Sequence record: CP147646.1
Reading direction: 5' to 3' (one strand)
Length of the DNA stretch: 64,000 bases
DNA from: a plasmid
Of this stretch, positions 43,279-51,900 are shown one piece after another. A program made the translations under genes and the position numbers. The stretch's first letter is position 1. Every line of letters begins with the position of its first letter. Below the pieces are notes generated by a model that had not been told where the DNA came from, did not search any database, and saw nothing but the letters and a program-made list of their open reading frames with translations.

Positions 43279-44168
43279 TCGAATTCTTCCTCCTCTTCTA
43301 AATCATATAAATTGTCATTCGATACATCTATTCGAATTTCAAAAAAAGTACCAGGATATGATTCCTCAGACGAATAACTTTGAGTAATTTTATTATCTGA
43401 TACCGAGACTATACCACAATTAGATATAATTGTAAAGTTCCCGACTTTGTTAGTAGTTAAAGTATTTACAATATTAGAAAGCCCTGCCCCTCTATTTTGA
43501 GGTATAGTTTCTGCAGAAACACCCTCTTGAAGAGCGAATTCTATTAACTTGTTGTCAGGCTCATCCTTTTTAAATTTTCGCTTTATAGACTGAGGGATTC
43601 CTATTCCGAAATCAGATACTGCTATTACAATCTCCTTGTTCTTGGGATAGTATTGCCCAAAAATACATCCCTTAGATTCCTTAGAATGATCTGCAATATT
43701 ATTAAAAATTTCGTCAACCGCTACACAAATAGAACTAAACTCATTTGTTCTGCCAGTTTGCTTTTGTAACCAATTCTTAAAGTCTGTTACCTTCCATTGA
43801 GCTATTTGTTCAGTGTTAATAAATTTAATTTCAAAAGTAGTCGGGCGCAGTTCCGGCTCTTTATAAACCAATTTATCAAACACTTTAAAAAAGCCACAAT
43901 CTACTAGATACAACATAGCTTGCCTTTGACGTTTATTTAAAGAGCTTTCTTCGCATATTAACCACTTGATGTTTGCATCTTTTCTTTTTGTAGCAAAAGT
44001 TAACATATTATATAACGAAATTACTCCACTAGGTTCCGCAAACTCAATGTTTCTCATATCTACTGTAAGTGTCCTGTTATCACTTAAAGCAAGTAATCTA
44101 TTGAAATTGGTAACGATTTTCGTAATGTTATATTTGTTTAAATTCTGAGGAAGAACTAGATTATTCAT
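43272..44168 (-). CDS. GHKL / HATPase_c ATP-binding protein (RsbW/SpoIIAB-like kinase fold) with a weakly STAS-like N-terminal half and a DLEEEEEFEW C-terminus
   Basis: N-box EIFNNIADH, G1 box DFGIGIP and G2 box RGAGLSNIV are all present. The track ORF starts at a TTG; an ATG 9 nt downstream (MNNLVLP...) is the likely start. Own promoter directly after the lysin terminator. Confidence 0.6.
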   Translation of the reverse strand: MNNLVLPQNLNKYNITKIVTNFNRLLALSDNRTLTVDMRNIEFAEPSGVISLYNMLTFATKRKDANIKWLICEESSLNKRQRQAMLYLVDCGFFKVFDKLVYKEPELRPTTFEIKFINTEQIAQWKVTDFKNWLQKQTGRTNEFSSICVAVDEIFNNIADHSKESKGCIFGQYYPKNKEIVIAVSDFGIGIPQSIKRKFKKDEPDNKLIEFALQEGVSAETIPQNRGAGLSNIVNTLTTNKVGNFTIISNCGIVSVSDNKITQSYSSEESYPGTFFEIRIDVSNDNLYDLEEEEEFEW

Positions 44169-44199
44169 TGATAACAACTTTCTTTATAATAGCGAAACT

Positions 44200-44228
44200 A
44201 TTTTACTATTTTTATAAAGAGATTTCAA
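44200..44228 (-). promoter_or_regulatory. Sigma-A promoter for the HATPase/STAS module
   Basis: The minus strand reads TTGAAA, a 17-nt spacer, then TAAAAT. It sits between the lysin terminator and the module start. Confidence 0.45.
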
Positions 44229-44235
44229 TATTTCA

Positions 44236-44263
44236 ATAAAAACAGCCCCCGCAAAGCGAGGGC
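44236..44263 (-). terminator. Rho-independent terminator after the prophage endolysin gene
   Basis: GCCCTCGC-TTT-GCGGGGGC stem-loop followed on the minus strand by TGTTTTTATT. Confidence 0.6.
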
Positions 44264-44332
44264 ATTTGTCTTATCTTAAGGAGTTTTACCTCCATAATTT
44301 TTTGCTACCGACATTTATGTCGCTCTGTTGGT

Positions 44333-45667
44333 TTACATATCTGTTGCATCAATTAAGTAAGCATCTTCTACCCATTGTTCGGATTGCGGTGCATTAATAC
44401 GTGACCAACCGTTTATTTTTTCGTACACTCTCACACGAGTACCCGCTTTGATAAACTCTTTATCGGTGCTACTTGCGTTTGGTTTAGATTCTACGTAATA
44501 ATCTGTGCTTAGAGTCGCTTCGTAGTACGGCGTATTTGAGTTATCTAGCTTAGTATTAACATCTAAACGCTGATTAAAGCTAACTGCTTCTTGCGGTTTA
44601 TCTGCTTTTGGTACAGTCACTTGGCTATTGTCGTCAGCTAATAAAACGACATTTTTATCTAGTCCCCCAGCGACTCCGACGCTTGTAAATTGCCACCAGC
44701 GCACGCCGTCCATTGATGGGAAATAGTCCCAAAGTGGGTCTTTTCGTACTTCGTAGTCTGGATAACCAGCTATCCAAATGCTGTTTGGGTACTTAGCGAT
44801 AATTTGCTGATAATCAATATTATTAAGCGTAAATGGCTTATAGCTGTAGTAAACAGGCTTGTAACCAGCGCTAGCGATTTTATCCATAAATGCAATAACT
44901 GCGTTTGTGTTAGCTTGCTTGTCTGCGCTTGCGGAATCTTCATAGTCAATGACTAAGTATGATACTTTTTTGCTTGGTAAGTTAGACAAAAATAAGTCTG
45001 CTTCCCGTTGCGCTAAAGCACTATCACCGCCAAAACGTCCAAAGTGGTAATAGCCAATTGGGTCGCTTGTGTTTGCTTGTTGTTGATGCCTATCAGACAG
45101 CCAAGCGAGCGACTCAGATACTTTGATAATCGTTTTAGTAGTGCCAGCTTGCTGACAAGTAGTGGTTAAGTCTGCTTGTTGATAAGCTGATACATCAATA
45201 AAATAATCGCCTTTATTTAGTCCTATATTACCTGTAACAGTAACTGCATTTTTAAAAACTTTTGGCCTAAAGGCAGTTGGGTATGTTGCGGAGTATGGGA
45301 TTTTTACAATATTGTATGCGCCATTAGCACCGCCTTGATTTTGCCCCAAAAACCAGCCATATCCGCCTCCTGCATCGCTGTCAAAAATTGCTACATGACT
45401 GTAAGGCGTTACACCGTCAACAACCATAAAAATAGCAACATCACCAGCTTGCATAACTTCCACTTCATCAAAATAGTTTAAGATACCATTTTCGTGACGT
45501 TGCTCCCATATATCCCTTGCGTATCCTGTATTTGTACAGTTTGCGTATGGCAGTCCTAGATACTTACAGTAATCTGCGTAGCCATCCCAACATTGTGCAC
45601 CGAAAGACCCATCAATATCATAAGCGTTACCATTTGACCTGCTTTTATATTCTTGATAAGTTGCCAT
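44333..45667 (-). CDS. Phage endolysin with CHAP endopeptidase, GH25 muramidase and a C-terminal SH3b-like wall-binding domain (B30/PlyGBS type)
   Basis: 444-aa ORF with an N-terminal CHAP Cys/His (QCWDGYADY...SHVAIF), a central GH25 region (FIDVSAYQ...) and a C-terminal SH3-like domain. Confidence 0.85.
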   Translation of the reverse strand: MATYQEYKSRSNGNAYDIDGSFGAQCWDGYADYCKYLGLPYANCTNTGYARDIWEQRHENGILNYFDEVEVMQAGDVAIFMVVDGVTPYSHVAIFDSDAGGGYGWFLGQNQGGANGAYNIVKIPYSATYPTAFRPKVFKNAVTVTGNIGLNKGDYFIDVSAYQQADLTTTCQQAGTTKTIIKVSESLAWLSDRHQQQANTSDPIGYYHFGRFGGDSALAQREADLFLSNLPSKKVSYLVIDYEDSASADKQANTNAVIAFMDKIASAGYKPVYYSYKPFTLNNIDYQQIIAKYPNSIWIAGYPDYEVRKDPLWDYFPSMDGVRWWQFTSVGVAGGLDKNVVLLADDNSQVTVPKADKPQEAVSFNQRLDVNTKLDNSNTPYYEATLSTDYYVESKPNASSTDKEFIKAGTRVRVYEKINGWSRINAPQSEQWVEDAYLIDATDM

Positions 45668-45784
45668 TTACTCCTCCTTTCCAAAAAGTAAATAAATCGG
45701 ATAACTAAAAAAAGCAACCACTGCAAGCGGTATGTACAGTATTGCTATTGCTAGTACCATTGCTATTTTAGTGATTGCACGCAT
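45668..45784 (-). CDS. 38-aa hydrophobic peptide between holin and endolysin (second small lysis-cassette membrane peptide)
   Basis: Unlisted ORF MRAITKIAMVLAIAILYIPLAVVAFFSYPIYLLFGKEE with an AGGAGG RBS. Its stop TAA directly abuts the lysin ATG (GGAGGAGTAAATG). Confidence 0.5.
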   Translation of the reverse strand: MRAITKIAMVLAIAILYIPLAVVAFFSYPIYLLFGKEE

Positions 45785-45792
45785 GTCCCCTC

Positions 45793-46047
45793 CTATTTTT
45801 TTGGCTCGTGGTAAGTCAATGCTTGCTCACTGTCTGAAAGACCTTCGGTTGTTGGGTCTGTAACAATACCTGCAATAACAAGTACTGAAAACACACTATT
45901 AACAACTACTAACAATTTATTACCTAAATCACTAAGTTCAAGTGTATAACCAAAAACATTTGCAACTGCTTGTACAACTAAAAATATTGCTGGAATAATT
46001 GCTGACCAAAATGCTTTGTTTTTAATTCTTACTTTCCAATTAATCAT
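45793..46047 (-). CDS. Phage holin
   Basis: 84-aa ORF with two TM helices and a charged C-terminus, immediately upstream of the lysin. Confidence 0.75.
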   Translation of the reverse strand: MINWKVRIKNKAFWSAIIPAIFLVVQAVANVFGYTLELSDLGNKLLVVVNSVFSVLVIAGIVTDPTTEGLSDSEQALTYHEPKK

Positions 46048-46048
46048 G

Positions 46049-46351
46049 TTATTTCTCCTCTTTTTCTAGACGACCAATGCGGTCACTCATATAAGACATC
46101 TCCTTTTGGACAACACCAATGGTCTGAGAAATGTCCTGTAACTGTTCTGTATTTTTATCTAAGTGACCTTTGAGCCACTCTTCACGTTTGTTAGATTCTG
46201 ATTTTGATTGGTCATGGAAATCCATTAGCTTTTTCTCACGCTTATCAGACGTTCGCACCAGATAACCAACCACAATCATAAAAAGCAAGATAAAGAGAAT
46301 AGCCCACACAAATTGTGATTGAGCGATTCTTTCTGCTTGTTCTACTGTCAT
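46049..46351 (-). CDS. Phage membrane protein, XhlA/haemolysin-like, holin-associated
   Basis: 100-aa ORF with one N-terminal TM segment and a C-terminal coiled-coil. Sits in the lysis cassette. Confidence 0.5.
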   Translation of the reverse strand: MTVEQAERIAQSQFVWAILFILLFMIVVGYLVRTSDKREKKLMDFHDQSKSESNKREEWLKGHLDKNTEQLQDISQTIGVVQKEMSYMSDRIGRLEKEEK

Positions 46352-46363
46352 CCGACTACCTCA

Positions 46364-46522
46364 CTAACTTGCTAAAATTTCAGCAAGTAATTCTTCATCG
46401 CACATAATTGCAAGTTGCTCTTTTGTTTTGTTATTAATAAACTCTGAAAATCCCTTTTTAACAAAACTTGACCAAGCCATACGTCCATAATATAAGTCAA
46501 TCGCAAATAATTTAATCATCAT
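46364..46522 (-). CDS. Small phage protein, 52 aa
   Basis: Starts at tandem ATG ATG (MMIKLF...) with an AGGAAGAAGGG RBS. The track ORF extension upstream is likely spurious. Confidence 0.4.
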   Translation of the reverse strand: MMIKLFAIDLYYGRMAWSSFVKKGFSEFINNKTKEQLAIMCDEELLAEILAS

Positions 46523-46550
46523 ATCTATCCCTTCTTCCTGTAAAAAAATT

Positions 46551-46877
46551 CTAACCAATAGCAATAAGATCTTCATCTTTTAAAACCTCTTTTGCGTAAA
46601 GCGTACTTATCAGATTGATAAGTGTTTGTGTGCCTGTTGATGTTGATGTACTTAGTTCAGTCATTTTTTCAGACTGAGCTTTATCTTTATACTTTTCGTC
46701 GTAAAATATCTGCTCACACTTTTCAAGTGTTTCTGCAAAAGATTTATTATCAAAGTCAACTGGTAAGTCAAAAGTTAAGTTACCTCTTACGTGAGGTAAA
46801 TCAACTGCCACAATTGCATTAACTTTTGCAATGCTTTTATCTTCTAACATTACAGGATATTTGTTTAAAATTTCCAA
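46551..46877 (-). CDS. Phage structural or accessory protein, 108 aa
   Basis: TTG start with a GGAGG RBS. Conserved position between the fibre gene and the lysis cassette in streptococcal siphophages. Confidence 0.45.
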   Translation of the reverse strand: MEILNKYPVMLEDKSIAKVNAIVAVDLPHVRGNLTFDLPVDFDNKSFAETLEKCEQIFYDEKYKDKAQSEKMTELSTSTSTGTQTLINLISTLYAKEVLKDEDLIAIG

Positions 46878-46890
46878 TAGTTTTCCTCCT

Positions 46891-48903
46891 TTAAATTGTC
46901 CACTGAATTTGACCTTTTACGTTAACAGTCCATTTTGACGGATTAAACCACAGAATACGACCGTCTGCGCTCACTTGAACATTTAAAACATTGAGTTGTA
47001 TAGTCCAAGCCGTTACTGCAAACATCATGTCGCTAGGTATCAAATTCGTAGGCATAGAGCCAACCGTCAACTTATCTATGCCATTCGTCGCAAAGTTGTA
47101 CTTAACGGTGACTGTACTGCCTGTCTGCCTATAACTAAAACCATTGCCGATTGACTGCCAGCCTGAGTCTATCGTTGTAGGCAAGCTATCTTTTTTAGCG
47201 TACTCACTCCATGTGCTCCAAGCACCGTTTTCCAGCAACCGCGTAAATATAGTTTTATTTGTACGGTCGTAAAATTGTTGATAAGCATAGTTTGCCGTCT
47301 GGTGTCTTACAACTGTTACGTACCCAGGACCTGCCCCTACAGGTCTATTATCTCCTTTAAAAACACAATAAAAGCCTGTATCTTGCAGAGTATTTAAATC
47401 CGTCGTATCATGCCTAAAAGAACCGCCGTTGTTAAGAGCGAGTTGTTTTTGTTGGATTGGCTTATCGCCACAATAAATATTACCATCAACATAAACATCG
47501 CCTTTGGCATCAATAATACCATGTTCCCAAATTTTCCCAAATGCAACACCAGAAGGTGCTTTAGTTACAAGTACAAACTCACTTGCAACTGGTTGGATTA
47601 TTGGTGTTGCTGACATTAGGTTATCACTCACCGAAATCTTAACAAGCCATGATTTTGACTTGTCATAAGTGCCGCCAAGATTTAAAGGGGCACCTGACAT
47701 TTGGGAAATTGTTGACCAGGTATTTGTAGCTGCGCCACTATCAACTGCATAGATACCAGTATTGTATGGTGCAACAGATACCGACATTTTGAGTTGGTTT
47801 TTTTGTATTCCACCAACTATAATTGGTGCAATCTTAACAAATGGCAAGACTTGTAAAATATCAGGATTTTGCTGAGACCTGACTACTTTTGCACTTGTAA
47901 CAATTGGTAAAAAATAATCAATAACATTAATTTTTGTGTCAACTGGTTCTGATGTTAGACCTCTGCTATCAGTTACCGTAGCTCTGATTGTTGCTGTTCC
48001 AACAAAATCCAACATATCAAAAACACTACCATTTCCAAAAATAGCTTTGCCTTTTTCAACAATTTCAGCATTATATGAGCTAATAGTTGAACCATTAGCA
48101 CCTGCCGAGTTACCAAAAGACACCTTTAATTTACTCATGTTCCTGACATAGTTATTGCCAGTTATCAAACTACCTGTCAGAGTGTTAGCATCAGATAAAC
48201 TAATACTTGCCAATATTGGCTTATATGCAGCAATGTCTGGCACTGTTGCAGTAAAGGTATACTTGTTCTCACCGATTTTTTGACTATCACTTGTAAATGT
48301 TTCTACAATCAAAGTTCCTGTACCACTTCGGTCATTTGGTATCAAGACAGACAGTGATGCAGGCAACGTCCATGAGTAAGATGTGTCAACTAAAGATGCA
48401 ATCGTGCCTGTTAGACCTTTAAAATCAAATTTCAATGTGTGTCTAAAAGTATCTGATTGTCTTTTGATAGTAATAGCAACTGCACTACCAATATTTCCGC
48501 TTGCTATTGTCGCTGTACTAGCACGCTTTATTGTTGGTAAGCTAACTGAATTTGTTACTGATGCCGACCCATAGTTGCTAAAATTGATAGGCAGCGTTAC
48601 CGTAACATTAAATTTTGGTTTTGATCCATAAGAGTTATGATTTATACGGTAGCTATATGTACCTAATTCTTTTGTCTGACCATAATTAATGTCTACGTTG
48701 ACACTCTCATTATAAGATTTGCCATCAACAACTATTGTCATTGTACGTTCGCCAGGGTAGTCAATATAACCATAGGAGCTAATTTTTTCGTAGACTTTAA
48801 CTGTGACCGTACTGTAATTACCAACTAAATTTTGTGTATAGCTTGTTCGTACATCTAATGTTAGATTGTTACCCCAAGTTCCACTAAATGTTGATGTTCC
48901 CAT
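46891..48903 (-). CDS. Putative tail fibre / receptor-binding protein
   Basis: 670-aa Ser/Thr/Gly/Asn-rich beta-type composition. Located after the Tal gene and before the lysis genes. Confidence 0.5.
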   Translation of the reverse strand: MGTSTFSGTWGNNLTLDVRTSYTQNLVGNYSTVTVKVYEKISSYGYIDYPGERTMTIVVDGKSYNESVNVDINYGQTKELGTYSYRINHNSYGSKPKFNVTVTLPINFSNYGSASVTNSVSLPTIKRASTATIASGNIGSAVAITIKRQSDTFRHTLKFDFKGLTGTIASLVDTSYSWTLPASLSVLIPNDRSGTGTLIVETFTSDSQKIGENKYTFTATVPDIAAYKPILASISLSDANTLTGSLITGNNYVRNMSKLKVSFGNSAGANGSTISSYNAEIVEKGKAIFGNGSVFDMLDFVGTATIRATVTDSRGLTSEPVDTKINVIDYFLPIVTSAKVVRSQQNPDILQVLPFVKIAPIIVGGIQKNQLKMSVSVAPYNTGIYAVDSGAATNTWSTISQMSGAPLNLGGTYDKSKSWLVKISVSDNLMSATPIIQPVASEFVLVTKAPSGVAFGKIWEHGIIDAKGDVYVDGNIYCGDKPIQQKQLALNNGGSFRHDTTDLNTLQDTGFYCVFKGDNRPVGAGPGYVTVVRHQTANYAYQQFYDRTNKTIFTRLLENGAWSTWSEYAKKDSLPTTIDSGWQSIGNGFSYRQTGSTVTVKYNFATNGIDKLTVGSMPTNLIPSDMMFAVTAWTIQLNVLNVQVSADGRILWFNPSKWTVNVKGQIQWTI

Positions 48904-48913
48904 TTCTCACCTC

Positions 48914-51900
48914 CTAACTATTCCTAATCGCTCTGATTACATTAAATAATGGATTTCTGTCATAGACTTCTTCAACAAAATTTCCAATCTGTATACGCTC
49001 TGTAAACAGACCATTCTTTATCGTTAAGGTATCACCTGTTAGTGTCATTTGAGCAACACCATTAGTAACAAAGGAGATGCTGTCATTTGATAGGAATAAC
49101 TTAGCTTTGCCATCTTTGTCACCAATGGCAATCCCCTCTTCACCAATCAATGTCTCGTTGTTGATAAAGCTAAATTTTGCACTTGCCTCACCTAAAAGTT
49201 GTTTAAACTCAGTTGTACGATCAAACAATTGAGCAATGTCGTTTGCAACTTTTTGCTTTTCGTCTATCGTATTTAAGTCATACCAAAGCTTCCACTTAGT
49301 TTCAACTTCGCTGAGTGTATGCTGCATAGCCTCAGCAATTGCATTTTCTCTTGCTATAGCAGTTCTTTCTTCAAGAGCTAGAATTTGTGCTCGGGTTAAT
49401 TCTTGATCAGCTTTTGAATCAAGATTACTTGCTTTATCAGCTTCTGACTCTTGCCAATCTCCAGATTTATTACCTTTGACAAGCATATATCCACCAGTCA
49501 TAAACCAACCTGCATCACTGGCAAGCATGGCAAAGCGTGGTTTTATTTTACCGTCTCTGAGCGGTACAAATGTAACTTTAAACATCTGGATATCTCTAGT
49601 GACATTTTCAATTATCGTCTCACGAGGTGTGTTACTTGTGATATGGTTTGCAAACAAGTCATACAAATAGAAGTACAATCTTCCAGCATTTTCTCTTGCT
49701 ATAGCAGCTGTAAAAGTGTATGTTACACCAGCTTTAACATCAAACTCGATAGTGTGACTAATCTTATTTCCAGACTTCCATTTCTTAAATTCAAATGGAT
49801 ATTCGCTGATTTTTATAGTCTCAAGTTTTGCACCTTCGGTAAACCAACTTCCAGAAAATGATTTTGTACCATCAAGTAAATTTTGAGTACCAACGGCAAC
49901 ATTAGCAGACATATCAGTCCACTTATAATCAAGATAGTTTGTTGATTGCTCTATACCAGTATAAGTTCCAATAAATCTTCTATTTTTAGACTCAGTTATA
50001 CTAAAATCAACTTTTCCATCTTCTGAATTAGCCCACGCTGTCCATGATGACTTACCATCATCGCCTTTTTCTCCATCTTCAGTATCTGTAAAGGATATTT
50101 GCGTACTTGCTACAAGTTCCTCATTTAAATATGCCTCAACTGTTATATTTAAAACGTGGTTAAAGTCGCTTGCTTTAACAATTAGCGATGGTCCGATATC
50201 AATTAGCGAGTCACCATTTTTATAAAAATAAACTGCTTCATAGTCTTTCCCGTTCTTTTGCAAGCTAGGAGTTAGGACAGATTCACCAGTGCCATTTTTA
50301 AAAGCGACACCATTCGAAGTAGCTAGTTTGATTTCGTATGGAATTGACTCATCGTATAGACGCAACATATCACTGATTAAATCAGAAGCTAACTGACTTT
50401 CTTTTTCGACAAAATTGCTGAATTTAGTTTTGTTAGAGCTGGGATTTGTTATGGATATTTCTTGCTCAACTACTCGTGCTGTCAAAATCAGCGGTGGCTC
50501 GTATCCGTCGTCCTGTATCCGCACAACATCACCAGGTTCTAAGTCAACATAGCCATCAACTTCGTATGTAATTGCTGGATATGCGTGTGCTTTTAAGTCT
50601 TTTAGACCTGTTGACATCAAGACTTCTTGACTATCAGTCTCGACTTCCATGTCTTTTCGTATCCAGTTGTCTCGTGTCTCATTACCGGTTAAAACAGATG
50701 GATAGCGGTCTCTTGAAAGTGGTGCGTACAAAAATCCATTTTTGAGATAGTACTCTACTTTACCGTTTTCATCTTTCCACTCTTTGTAGATATAGTTGTC
50801 AATATAGATGATTTGTTCTTCTTCATAGGTTTCTGTTCGCGCCTCTTGTACAACTTCTTCGTACGATATCTGTGTTCCACCAGTAACTTGCTGTGTTGTT
50901 GCCCCGTTAACAGACATTCCTTGCGCTATTTCACGTGGATAACATACTGTCTGCAATCCAGATGCGAAAGAGTTAATGTCATATGAGTTTTCGACAACAT
51001 ACATGCGGCCAACAAAGTTTTGCTCCAAAACAGTAACTCTGGTCTTGGACACACTCTTGATAATCCCTGTGTGCCCCCATTGTGTTGTATAAAACGGAGC
51101 ACCAAAATTTGCTTTAACATTATAGATACCGCCAGCTTGCAAGTTGCCAGCATTAGGCGACCTGTCTAGCTTCCAACCATACGCCCCCCAGTTATAGTCA
51201 GTACCGATTAAAGCAGCAGCCATCCCACCGCCAATGCGACCACGGATACCACCGATGGAACTATCAATCCAAGCTCCGTCTAACTTCTTAGCGTACCAAC
51301 CAGACAAAGCATAACACTGTCCTGAGCCGATTCTGCGACCTTTAAGTCTAGTAGCTTCATTTAGTGCTTGCATTGTCTTAGTAGCTCTTCTAGCTACGTT
51401 TACGGCTGTTATAGGCTGTACTGGTGTTTGCCACAGCTTATCAATCGTATTGAGGATATTTCCAGTTACTTTATTGATACCATTTCGGATATTAGTCATC
51501 AAATTTGTGTAGCTTTGATATCCTGCTGCTGCATAGTCATATTTAGCTCCACCAGCTCTAAAAAGCCCTTTTGTATAGTCTGCTATATTCTTTTTGCCGA
51601 CGACATTATAAATCCCTTGTTTTGCTAAAAGATAAGTGTAGTCTTTTAAAAAGTCGTCTACACTAGCATAGTGCATGTACGTTCCGCCCTCGTTTGCAGG
51701 ACGAGCCATACCAGTAGTGACTTTTACTCCGCTAGGACGTGTCTGTGCTCCACCTGTCATTCCTGACCAGTTGTTATCACGCCTACCGACAGTTGAGTCA
51801 CCCCAAAAGCTCTCTAAATAAAGTTGCGTGATGATTCCACTTGGCAAAATGTTGTATTGTACAGCGTAGTTTATAATCGCTTGTACGTTGGCTTTTTTTA

